From: Blasia pusilla
Lineage: Eukaryota
DNA: 64,000 nt
NCBI GenBank assembly: GCA_050084515.1
Contig: CM114271.1
Location: forward strand, 22,754,001 to 22,818,000
Direction: 5' to 3'
Of this stretch, positions 25,801-38,094 are shown in pieces; position 1 is the stretch's first letter, and each line of letters starts with the position of its first letter. A program made the position numbers and the translations under genes. The notes beneath the pieces were generated by a model. It was not told where the DNA came from, did no database searches, and was given only the letters and a program-made list of their open reading frames with translations.

Positions 25801-27400
25801 ACCAAAACCTGCATTGTAAGCATATATTGTGTTAAATTTTCTCTTAAAACATACAAGGATAGTTGAGAGTAGTTCTTACTTTAGTTGGCAAGGGTGCATC
25901 CTTATGGCTACTGGACTCCATATCTTCCATATCATGATGGTACGGTAATCGAGATCAAAAACCAATGAGTGATTATGAGAAGCGTCTATTCCTATTGATT
26001 TGGAGTCTTTCCTTTTAGTAAGCCTCTTGCTTCTCCTTAACGCTTGCTTTGTGGTAGGCAAGGGAGGTAAAAAGTGTTTCTTCCCCTCCACTAGTGGCTT
26101 CTTACTTTTGAACCTGTAATTCAAATGTAATTGTGATACAAAAAATAACCGAAGACTCAACTCAAAATACGTGCAGAAATTTTGACCATACTCTAAAGAC
26201 ATAAAAGAACTCAACCATTAACCAGACAAAAGTTTCAAGGATTGAGGATAGCTCACAACTCTACAATGAAATCCCTAGAGAGCTCTTTCTCTTTTACTTT
26301 TAAAGCCATGATGTTTGGTTCTTGTTGCTGCTCATATTCATTCACTGCCTCAAATTCCTCTTCTGAATTCTCTGTCTCGCAAGAGTCAAGCTCCTCCACT
26401 AACAATTAGGTATTTGTATCATTCCTTACACATGCTGAAAGATCATTAGTAAATTCAGATTTACCAAATAAACTAGAAGTAGAAGGATATTGTGGGTTAG
26501 GTACTAAATGAACCAAATTTGGTTCATTTAGATTATCATTCTTAGTAGTCAATTCAAAGGGTTCAATCTCAGTTCCATCCTCTAAGGCTAGATCAATCTT
26601 AACTAGAGCCTCATCACTATTAGTGAGGCTCTCAAGGGCTTCCTCAGTTTTATTGCTTCTCGAAAAACAATATATTTCTTTCGGAATTCCAACCCTTTCT
26701 ATCTGTGAAGCATTCTCAAGTGGTGTTTTTACACATAACACCTCACGTACTTCTTCACAATCAGGTATCAGCAAAACCACACATGCATCCCTCACTAACC
26801 CATCATTCAACTCACTACCAGAATTAGTAAGAGATGTGCAGATTTTTGAACCCGTAAATGGTTGGGCCTTTGGCCATGGATGCTCCTCCAAGGTCTTTTT
26901 ACACTCACCCTCCCCCATTTGATCTTCATCCCCACCCTCATCAACAACCAAACTTACTACCCTAATGCAATTTTTGGATTCTTGGCCCTACCTTGCATGA
27001 TCCTTGCATTCCACAGAGGCAACTTTAGTTTCAATAGACTCATGTAAGCAAGGCCTCAAATCTTGCCCTCATCTGCAGAACTTGTATATAGATTCCAATC
27101 TGAATCTGGGACGTCATCATAAGTAGCCATCTTGAGAACTTCTAATGAGCTTCTCCTCCTCATCCTCCTTCGTTTTATGAGCCATAGTTGATGCTCTCTC
27201 CCATCACCAAACTCACCTTTTGCATCACATAGGCCCTTGGTTTCAAGTATTTCCTCAAGGTCTCCTCTTTGTCGTGGTACTTTGGGAATGGCTATAGACA
27301 CTACCCCAATAGTCGAAGGAGCCTCATCCACACAGGGTGCAAGTACTAGACCACATGGATCCAAGTCAATCACGAGATTATCATGCCTCATTTATGTATA
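22830..27400 (-). pseudogene. Multi-exon TnpA-like (Ptta/En/Spm-associated) gene of the CACTA element, decayed
   Basis: 24897-24380 gives ...PCHVDA*EPEWTRLVDYWSSES (Transposase_24-like). About 23095-22830 gives ILAYGIV...FHNKLIPLDMVRV then, frameshifted, PNYEDDPLQLVLKDALGSFVLWP (Tnp1/En-Spm C-terminal domain). Upstream extent inferred from low-complexity ORF pieces. Confidence 0.7.
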
Positions 27401-28359
27401 CTATTTATGTGTAGAGGTTGCATAACTAATTGTAAACCCAAAACACCTCACCTGGTGAGGTCACATTGCTCAGTTGCCACATTCCTCATGCATTAGAAGA
27501 AATGGGTGGTTTTTTTTATTAGGATTTATATGACTCATTGAAAGAATGACTCAAATTATGGCTTACTTGGTTTAGTCATAACATTTAAGGTTCCTACAAC
27601 TCACCTAGTCATATAAATCCTAGTCTATTGGAGTTCTCTAGCTTTGGTCATGACTACATGCACTCACTAACCCTACCCAATAATATTTGGAAAGTTTGCA
27701 ATAATTTACTATGTCAATATTAGTATATATCGATCAGTAAAATATATGCAAATTACATCAAATATTGTCCGTGAATGCTCCAATAACAAAACTTGGAACA
27801 ACCATGAACAAGAAAAATCAATATGCTAACCTAGATAACGGAAATACCTTTAGTATCAGGGTTATCTAGTGGCAAAAAATATTCTCCCTTATCAAGTTCA
27901 ACTATTTATGGAGAAAAAAAAACTTCAGAGAGAGAGAGAGAGATGAAGGGAGGAATGAGATTGTGAGGGTATACCAAAAATGAGCAAGTTTATATAGGGG
28001 AGGATGGAAGGAAGAGAATTAACCCTTCTAACTCCCCAAATCATCTACCCCCACTTACAATTGATTACTAAACCATCTCCATTAATTTTCTTTAATAAAC
28101 CTATTTTTATTCTCCTATTAATTTCCTTCTTGACCTAGTTTAAATTTCCAATAGACTTATTTTGCAATACAACCACCCTATTCAAATCTATTTTAATATT
28201 TTCATTCCCTTCCCCACCACTAGGATCCCAAATTCATCAATTACTCTCATTTCTAACTAATATATATTTTCCTACAACAACCCTATTCCAACCTCTCAAA
28301 CCGTAAATCACCCAAATCATAATAGTGACAGAATTTATTTAATACCTCACTAAAATCAC

Positions 28360-29386
28360 AGGGCCTGCCCATAACCCTTGGCCCGCACGGCCCGCAAGGA
28401 GCCCGTGCACGACCTCGCCCCCTAGCCCACATGCGGGCTCAAAGGCCCGCAAGCAGTCGGCACATGGGCTCTCAAGCCCGTAGACAAGCTCATCCGCCCG
28501 CATGCAAGCCCACTCCCTAGACCGCACGTGGACTCTAGGGCCCATGCAGAGCCTGCACTACGGGCCTTGGATTCCACGTGCAGGCTCTAGGGCCCGCATA
28601 CGAGCCCGTGCCCGTAAGCAGCCCGCACCCTAACGCGCAATGAGCCCGCGTGAGGGCTCGGCGACCTGCGACATAGCCCGAAGGCGGGCTCCAAGGTCCG
28701 CAACTAGCCTGTGCGCGGGCTCAAGGCCCGCATGCAAGCCCGCGCCGGGCTCCCATGCCCAAAATCAGCCCGCGACCTAGCTTGCAGCGGGCTCCAAGAC
28801 CCGCAATGAGCCCATGCACGGGCTTGGCGGCCCGTATGCGATCCCGTGCCCTAGGCTGCACCCTAGCCCGCAACAAATGCATGACCTAACCCGTAGGTGG
28901 GCTCCAAGGCTTGCAACAAGCCCGCGCACGGGCTTGGCAACCCACAAGCAGCCCGGACATGGGTTTCAGGGCCCACACCCTAGCCCGCATGCTGGCTCCA
29001 AGGCCCGCACCTTGCCCGCGCACGGGCTCGACCATCTGCAAGCAGCCCAGACACGGGCTTCAAGGCCTGTACCCTAGCCCGCATGCAGGCTCCAAGGCCC
29101 GCAAATAGCCCGCGCGCAGGCTTGGCGGCCCACAAGCATCCCGGATGCGGGCTTCACGGCCCGCACCCTAGCCCGCACGTTGCACTTGCTTGTAGCCCGC
29201 GTCACAACTTAGGCCCGCACCCTGGCCCACACCCTTCATCGGAGCCCGTATCGATGGCCTGCAAGTGGAGCCCGCGCAATCGATCTGGGCGCCACAACCT
29301 ATGCTCGCACCCGGTGTTCCATGTCCGTGGTCATGAGTGGACATGTCCGTCCCATGGATGGACTTGTCCGTTTCCGTGCAACCTTG
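28360..29386. mobile_element. hAT-type MITE copy (left end lost) with about 900 bp of AGCCCGC/GCGGGCT palindromic array
   Basis: Right end GGACTTGTCCGTTTCCGTGCAACCTTG at 29386, abutting the PHD exon. Confidence 0.8.
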
Positions 29387-29742
29387 CACACAAAGCCCCG
29401 ATTCCTCACTCTTTGCAAAAGTTCCTTGTATACCACACTTGGCACACTTGGCCGTCTTCTTCACACAGTCCGGGCAAAACCAGCTCCCTTCGTGGTTAGG
29501 TGGAAGATCTATCCTAGGACAAGCATTTTCTATAGCCCTGGCTGATCTTGCAGTTGCGTGGAAATGTCTAGCACATGGCCCGTCGCAAACAACCAACTCC
29601 TCCCCATCCTCACAGATTGCACAAATGTGGGTTTCCTTTTGATGAATCTGAAGTAAATTGTATGGCGCTAAACAACTCATCTTGGGGGCTTTCTTGGCCT
29701 GTAGCTTTGGACGCGCCATCCTTGGACTCTCCTGAAAGTTAT
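29387..29742 (-). pseudogene. PHD-finger exon, EDM2/NSD-type composite PHD, truncated by the MITE
   Basis: CAICEDGEELVVCDGPCARHFHAT...C...WFCPDCVKKTAKCAKCG: C4HC3 ligands plus the start of a second finger. CAG splice acceptor on the minus strand at 29743-29745. Confidence 0.8.
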
Positions 29743-32739
29743 CTGTATACAAAACAAAACAAAAGTCAATTGTAGTGCAAGACGAAGCTCATGGAAGAAA
29801 GAGGTGAGGGAAAGATTACATCACTAGTAATGAATTGTGTGTGAATAATAGTATCTTTCAAAGAGGAAAAATCTTGGTCTCTAGTGTATACATTTGTACG
29901 ATGATAATACGACGAAGCACCTCAAAGTGTGGGAACGTATGAATGACCAAGTACTAGTACGCAGTCTGTGACAATATCATCAAGAAATAATCACGACAAA
30001 CACCCAAAATTAGTTATTCTGCACACACAATTTACATCGTCCTATTTACTATTTTATCGTTATGTCATATGTATCTTGGGGCAGACTACTTAAATTCTTA
30101 TTTGTGGTGTAACCACGAACTGTCTTCGGATTTTCGGATTGTTTGCCATTTAATTTTTGGTGTTTGAGAGGTGAACAATAATGACACTCAAAAATATGAA
30201 CACCATATTCATAACAACACCTTGCACTATCGATTCATCATGCATTTTATTATGTCATTCCCATACTTGTCCAAATATTAACATCACATTTGTTTTGAGT
30301 TCATAATTATAGTGTCCAATTTATGAGTGTGTTTGGACTAAGCCTCTTTTGAGTTTGTCTACAAAATTACTCTAGGGAAAATGTAGGAGGAAGAAAGTCG
30401 AAAAAAATCTCTCTCCTTTGAGGGTGAAACCACTAGGCTCATCATGCAATGCAAGGGACCTATCCTGTGATGGCCATGCACAATCACCACTACACCATGG
30501 GCAGAATGTGTGATCACGCAGAATGTTGCCATCACATAATGTGCGCCCGGTTAGGCATGTTGTGCTAGGCCTCGTGTCAATGTTGGTAGTACAAAGGAAC
30601 TCAATTGAGGACAAAAGTTCTCAATGGAGAAAAACATATTACCCTCAATGCATATCGTGCTAATGGCTCCGATCAGGGACAACTCTCTTGAGTTGCACAG
30701 ATGGGGCTCGAATGGAAGCGCCCATCACCAGAAGAGTGAATCCAAAAGCCTACATTGTGGCAAATGTGAAGTACCATAGTGTCGACAACACCCAACCGAA
30801 TGTAACATCTGATAGACTCTAGCTTCCCATCATACTCACCCCATATCAACCATCTTAAAGAAAAGTAACATGTACGAGGCGTGCTAACTTCATAGACACA
30901 AAATACTCCAACGTCATGATCGTGCACAATAGCCCTGTTGTAGACAATGTCTGAAGGGAGTGTTGCAATGTGGTGCATGGTAGCCACATGACCTTGCTAA
31001 ATAACAAGGGTAGATTACTAAACATTAAAGAACTTCAATGCTGACAACACTTTCACAATTCAGACAGGGCTAACAAAAGCTTTTAAATGTAGACGCACCA
31101 ATCTGTCCATATGTGCACTGCCCCTCTATCTCTTCTCTGTCCACTCCTCTTCCCCAACTTCTTATATAACATGTCCACTTGTTAAATCCTGCACAAACGT
31201 AAGATATCATGGCTCTGAAAAATGAGAGTGTCTCCCTTCTCTAATATGGTACCTTCTGCGCTTCATCTTCTCTCTATATCGATCCTAGTCTAAAGTCGTG
31301 TCCAAGTAGGGCAGCAGGTCAAAGGCAGAAAGGAAGAAGGTGGGAGTGAAGAGTGAAGGAAGGAAATACCCAATCAAAACACTAAAGAGCCATGGGCGGC
31401 CTTGGCGCAGTAGGTCAAAGGAGATGAGGTGAGAAGGAAGGCAGGAGTAAGAGACAAGAGACAAGAGCCCAATACTCAATCAGTGACAAAAAATTTTAAA
31501 TCAAAAAAGGGCCTTAGGCAGCCTTGGCGCATCAGATTGAAGGCGAGAGTGAGAGAGAAGCTCAAAGCACACTTGGTTGATTCGAGCTAATTTCAAGTAA
31601 ATCAGCTCCAGCAAGATTTAGAAAAGAGTAGTTCTTGAGAAATCAATTCCACTCATGCTGCTAAAACCGAACAAACCTTTCATGAGCCTAGGGGAACATC
31701 ATAGAGAAGCGCATTCATCTGCAACAGTAGGTATAACACCCTTTTAAACCACTTGAACGGTTCCGATCTGCCTTTTCCATTTCCAATTTTGATTTAAAAA
31801 TACCAATCACCCGAACCATCTTGTATTTTTTACTCCCTTGAAAAAACTCACCTTGCCTCTAATCCTAATTTCTCTGGTAATATCGATATTTTTTATTTAA
31901 TATTCTCCAATTAATATTTTCTACCACACATGTGTGAGAAAATGACTCACATTACTAAATGAGTCACGGGATATGACTTGTCTTTGTACACTTCTGTCGC
32001 ATACCTCTTGATTAGACAGACTTTCTTCTTCTTGCCTCATTTTTTTGTATATGTAGCTACTACTAAGACAAACCCACATATTAGAGAATCGGAAACTCGA
32101 ATAAAAGTAGCTACAAAGATATTTTGGACTATAAGACAAAAGGTTGTAGTACCTAGGTACGAAAAGAAATCAATTCATGTCCATAAGAACCAGAGGCCCT
32201 TTCAATTCCTACTTCATCATCTGTTCATGACTTCCATAGTCATATTTTGTGGAAATGCCACGTAGGAGCCCAAAGACCATTTTTAGGGCAGTCATGCAAT
32301 ACTCCTTGGCTAGTCTTTCATGACTCCTCTAAAAATCCATGACTAAGAATTCATGATTTGCGACTAGTACTTGATTTTTAATCAGATTAAAATTTTTAAT
32401 TATCCATTTTAATTCCACGTCATACAATTTCCTCAACCCATGACTCATTACATGACTCAAATAATTTATTTATGACTCTATGAGTCCTCAAGACTGGTTG
32501 AGTCATGACATATTCATGCTTGTTTGAAATAGAGTCATTTTAATTATGTAGTCATGAGGCGTTGAGGCACCAAAATGCTTATTTTCTTCGAGTGAATATA
32601 GTTGCAATTGAAGATCTTGGTTGATATGTGGAAAAAACAAATAAATGGAGGAGGGAAAACATTCTTCAACCTATGAGATGGGAGAATGAAGACATAAGAC
32701 CATTGCGTGCATCTATAGGTTACCTTTAGAAGTCTTCTA

Positions 32740-33830
32740 TTCCATCTCTTGCAAATATACGATCTTGATCAAAACCTTTATGTACTTTTGATGAGCATGT
32801 TTCCAAATACCTTGCAACCTTTCATGGAAAATGGAAGTTCCAAACAAAGGCTAAAAAATGAAAAAGTCTTCTTATACCTTTGTAATAAGATTTCCTAAGG
32901 AAAACAGACTTGTGTAATTAGCACCTTGTCCAAGTAGATGCTATTGATTTAAAAATTTGTGTATTCATTTATTAGAGTGTTTCCAAACACCTAGAAAAAT
33001 ATAAAGGAAAATGGAAGTTCAACCCAAAACCAAAAAATTAAAATATCTTTCTAAACCTTTGCGATAATATCTAGTACGGAGAAAGGACTAGTGGATTTTC
33101 CCTCTTTCCGAGGTACATAGTCTTAATTTAGAACTTTATGTACTTGTTGATTTGATTGTTTCCAATCATCTAAATTTTTTTTTATGGAAAATGGAAGTTT
33201 GAACCAAATGCAAAAAAATGAAAAGTTCATTCTAAACAATAAGATGTCCTAAGGAAAGAGACTTGAGAATAGGCATTGAAACATCATGTACTTTTTGAAT
33301 AAAGTGTGCCCCGAACATTGAAAATTTTCATCAAAAATTGGAAATTCAACCCAAAGCCTACATAAGCTATGGTTTTCTGTTTTTAACTCTTCCTTTCTAA
33401 AGAAAAAATTCATTTTATTTTCTTTTATCAAGGTTATTCTAGACCTACGCAATAAAATCTAGTAAGGAAAAATAACTTGTGTATTTTCCATCTTTTTTAG
33501 GCATATGATCTTCATACGAACTTTATGTGCTTGTTAATTAAATTTGTTCCAAATACCTTGAAAAACTTCATAGCAAAAGGAGTTTCCTAAAAATAAAGAG
33601 GTCATTCTAGATCTGCACAATAAGATCTAGTAAGGAAAAAAGACTACTATATTTTTCATCTTTCCCGAGTATATGATCTTAACCTAAAAGTTTGTGTACT
33701 TGCTTATTAGAGTGTTTTCGAATATGATAAAAAAATTCATGGTAAATTCTAGACCTATGCAATAAGATCTAACTAAGGGAAAAAAAAAAAAGAGGCTTGT
33801 GTATTTTTCATCTTTTAGATGTTTATAATC
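32740..33830. repeat. Degenerate AT-rich tandem repeat, unit about 180 bp
   Basis: GGAAAATGGAAGTT at 32826, 33006 and 33186; recurrent AATAAGAT(C/T/G)..TAAGGAAA and CTTTATGT(A/G)CTT blocks. Confidence 0.75.
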
Positions 33831-33859
33831 TTGAAGTGAATGTTTTTGTATTTATTGTA

Positions 33860-34222
33860 CTCGGGCTCGAGGTGGGCAAGCACAGGCCCTGAGCGCGCGA
33901 CCATGTCCGCAAGGCGGGCTTCGGGCCTGCAACAATTAGTCCAGCGAACTAAATTTGTCCAGCAGACGAAATCTTCCAGGCCTTGAGCCCACACCCAGGG
34001 CTCACATGGCGGGCGCGGTGTGGGCCTTGGGTGTGGCCTCTGGACAAACCTCGAGTCGTGCTCGCCCAACCCGCCCTAGCCTGCACCTGCACGTCCCCAA
34101 CCCTCCATGTGGGCCACGGAACGGGTGCGGACTCTGTCAGCCCGAGTCTAGGTGGCGGGCTCCGAGGCGTGCTTCGAGCGGGCTCAGGAGTGGGTCAGGA
34201 CATGCCCGTTTCCGGCAACCTT
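33860..34222. mobile_element. Partial hAT-type MITE copy
   Basis: GC-rich core similar to 43300-43500; right end CCGTTTCCGGCAACCTT. No clear left TIR. Confidence 0.65.
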
Positions 34223-36792
34223 CATTTTTAGACCTACACAATTAGATCTACTAAGGAAAACTCTAGTTTGTAGGGACACATCATTTTCATACAAAGTTAT
34301 AGAAAGAAAAAAAAATCAATGAAACCCTTAAAACTTCGACATTTTAATTTCACGAAAATACAAAACTTGTATAATTTTAAAATAAAATCTTGGAAAAAAA
34401 AAACAAGAAAACAAAATATTGCAAAGATAATTAATAATGATTCAAAACAAGTGGGAGAGTTTGAAAATACTGAAGTAAATGAATTTTATGATCCAATTTT
34501 ATGAATTTATGGACTTTACTGTAAATACACATTTTTTCTATTATTTCTCCCTTTCCCTTTAGTTTGGATATTCATTAATATTTATCTTTAAGTCTCTACA
34601 TTCCATGGTGAGAATAATTTTCAATTTTTTTAGGCATGGCCTTAAATTTTACTACTAGTTTTTCCCATTTTATTATTAGTTTTTGGGAGTTGTTTGGTGA
34701 TTCAGTAATTATTAAAATATATACATTGTGTTTTGAAATCTTTATTTTCTCTACTCACTAATACATGCACGATATTACGTGAAAAGAAAATTAATAAAAT
34801 TTTAAAAATTTTCAACAACATATTCTTTCATACTTTCACCAATTAAAAGAAAATTTTTTATTCAAAACAAAAAAATGTAAACACTTGAAAAAATTGAAGA
34901 AAAAAAGAAGAATATAGTTTAATTTGGAATTATTTTTAAATAAAATTCTTGGGCTTATCTTTTGTAAAAAAAAAATGGGCTGTTTCCTTATTTTAATTTT
35001 TGGAGATAATTGGTAGTTATGGATAATTTTTTGATATTTTATTCTTTCTAGATCTACAAGTGAAAAAACCTAAAAATGAACTTATCTTAATAGAATTAAT
35101 ATTCCAACCTAATCAAATTTTTTGTAACCAATTTTTGGGCAACTTTATTATTATTTTAAAATTTGGAGTTTTTCTGTACTTATTAGTTATGAATAGTGAA
35201 ATTGGAAAGACCCTTTTTTTTAGAAGATGTGATTGTGCGTGTGTAACAACTATTTTAATTATTTGTGCATTTATTTCAACCTCCATTTGCTTGAAACTTT
35301 CCAAGAAGTCTAGCTGCACTTTAAGTATGAAGTGTTCCATCTTTCAGGTCTAGATGAGATCCTTGAACACGATCGAAATCAAAAAGACCCTCTTTTCCAA
35401 GAAGTTTGATGGCGTGAGTCAAAAAACCATCAACATATTTTTGGACTTTGGGTAATAACTCCATTTTCCTTGAAACTTTCTAAGAAGTCTACATACACAA
35501 TGGGGAGAAATTATTCTAAATTTCAAATCAAGATGAGATTCTTGAAGAAGATGAAAATTGGAAAAAACCCTCTTTTGCTAGAACGTTTAATCAATAGGGT
35601 CTAAAAATCACTTAAACTTTTTTATGTTTTCATTATAAGAGAATCTACTTTTAATACCCAAAATACCATTCATTAAAGAATTCCAAGGTATTGAACTACG
35701 AACATACTTGGAAAAAATATAAGAAAATAATAAATTTTAGTATAATTTTGAAAAAAATCCATATTTTCTTTTAGGCTTGTATTTTGTGAAAAAATTGGGC
35801 ATTCAATTATAAGCTCCTTGGATAAATTAAAGTTAAATTTGTAGTTTTTTGATATTCTATTTTTCCCGGATTTTTGAATCCTCATGTGGCCTTAGGTAGA
35901 ATGAAAAAAATTAGAATATCATGTGATATTTCTTACAACCTACACCTTTACTAATTCCCAAAACATAGCTAAAAAAACCATTATACGACCCCTTTTTCGG
36001 GTTTAGAGTTTTACGATGCAAGAGGAGGGAGTAATACAGCACTCAAGATTCCCACTTTCTTCTGTGCCCTCACAACCAAAATGCATCAGAACGCGCTGGT
36101 CGTCCGAGCGGACTCCAATTTGGACTGAGGAGCTCCTGGACTCAATTCAGTATCCAACACGATCGCGAACATGCGCAAGTTTCCTTCAGAAAAAGAAAAT
36201 GAGTGAGGTGCATGAACAGAATGAAGAACGCAAGCATTTAGGGTGCCTAAGTTGCTTAACTGATTATCCCAATTATCTCGTTCACTCTTGTGGCCGTAGT
36301 CACTTCGTGGTCCCTAAATTGGTGTTCGCCTGCATTGGCTGATCCAACAATCGGGATTCAATTCACGGCGTTCGCTTTGCCATCATATGCAGAGCATCTA
36401 GAGCTTCCCGTCGTGCCATCCAAAGCTTACAAGAACACGAATCGCGACTGGATGGAACTAGGAAGAAGGAAGGCTAGTAATAGGCTTTTATGTATCGTAT
36501 TAATGAAGAATAAATACTGATACGGATGTTAAAATCGCATCATTAAAAACTCATATCCTACGGTCCAAAATCATGCAAAATAACTTACATTCTACAAGCT
36601 CTTTACTTAGAATCAACTTCTTCTAGGGGCCGTAAATAAAGCAAAGAGAGCCTTGGAAAAGTAGAGGTAAATAAGTTAAATTTCATGAAAATGAAAACTT
36701 AAGAATTATGTGTTCTACCATTCCTTGGTCCCTTCCCCATTAAAATGAAATGTCATTAAGGCATACTTATCTTAATATCTGCATATACAGGG

Positions 36793-37457
36793 TGTCACGT
36801 CTTTTAGGATAGATCAGTGAGATCTAATAGAGCGCCTTCGTGAGTAGTGGAGGACACGCTCAATAGGTCGCGGATGACCTGTTGAGACCCCGGGAAACTT
36901 GAGAGAGCAGGTTTTCCCTTCGCTTCGGCTCATTTGGAGCCATATTGAGGAACTTACTATTTTAGGTAAGTACCATTTTGAGTATATGATCGACTTTCTA
37001 TTTTTGGTAAGTGATCCTTGACCTCCTACATCAGGTCAAGAGCCAAGGAGATGACTTGGGAGAATAGGTTATCATAGAGAGAGCTTGGGAGAGGGAAGGG
37101 GTATACCTCAAGGAGAGAGAGCTTGAGAACTCATTCTCTCTTTGTTGAACCTCTTGGCATGAGGCGGTGGAGCTATGGTACTTTGCCTTGTGAGTGTAAC
37201 CCAAGCCTCTCATTAGGAGAGTGGATTTGGTTTGACATGAGAGAGAGTGCACACCTTTGAGAGCTATGGTGTGAGATGGTGGAGAGAGAGATTGGATCTT
37301 ACTTTACAAAGAGAGAATGAGAGAATGAGATTGGAGATATTTTGGTACTTCTTGTCTCGTTGTTTGGATGCCATGAGTTACCATGGGATCATGCGTGTTT
37401 GTGTGTGTGTTCGATGACAGCGATGTATGTTGTGTAGCGATGTGTATGCGCACGACA
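36793..37457. mobile_element. Probable solo LTR
   Basis: Starts TGTC, ends GACA, flanked by AGGG on both sides (4 bp only). GA-rich body unlike the AT-rich flanks. Confidence 0.5.
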
Positions 37458-37792
37458 AGGGAAATCACTTTTTTAGTCTTTGTTCCTTTTTTAACGGCCT
37501 CATGTGTTGTAACAAATTTATTACACAAGGAATTTATAGCAATTTTTTTAAAGAAAATCTTTAAAAATTTTAAAATTGAAGAAAATCCTTGAAATATAAT
37601 ACAATTATAGAGAAACCATTTTTCTATTTTTTTTAAATAGTGTAAGATCATGAATTCTAGAAATTATCTTAAGATGCAAAACAATGAAGATGAGGGAGCC
37701 TTGGAAAAAATCAAAGTAAATAATCTATATTTTTAATGAATCAATATAACAAAAATTATAAGTTAATGATTTTCTCTTTCCTTCGTCAATTC

Positions 37793-38094
37793 TATGGTTG
37801 CACAAAAACGGACAAGTCCATCATTAGGACGGACATGGGTTCGAAGAGGTGGGACCCATACTTTTAGTCCATGATGGAAGGCAAGCAAGGATGAGAGGAG
37901 CAATGAGGAGAAGGGAATGGAGGTGGAGGGAGGAAGAAATTGGGGAATAAGGACTACGCAGGCAAGTAAGGGAAATGAGAAAGAAGGAAAAGGTGGGGCC
38001 CATACGATAAAGTCCTTTCATACGATGCAGATAAGTCCACGGACATGGACATGTCCACGGACACGGACACGGACTTTGTCCACATGCAACCTTG
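37793..38094. mobile_element. hAT-type MITE copy, purine-rich interior subtype
   Basis: TATGGTTGCAC ... TGCAACCTTG; TSD GTCAATTC / TTCAATTC. Confidence 0.88.

Larger units (their letters stand above)
21198..32594. mobile_element. CACTA (En/Spm) DNA transposon, 11.4 kb, apparently non-autonomous
   Basis: Left TIR CACTAGAAGGAAAT, right TIR (reverse complement) CACTCGAAGAAAAT, 12/14 match. 3-bp TSD AAT (21195-21197, 32595-32597). Dense CATGACT/AGTCATG subterminal repeats at 21.2-22.4 kb and 31.9-32.6 kb. Confidence 0.93.

Noticed and set aside
30372-30987. TnpD transposase of the CACTA
   Set aside because: No Transposase_21 or associated motifs recognised in the frames read.
36119-36425. miR319/159-like words (TTGGACTGAGGAGCTCC; TAGAGCTTCCC..ATCCAAA)
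   Set aside because: Indels against the mature sequences, arm order reversed relative to known precursors, poor pairing.
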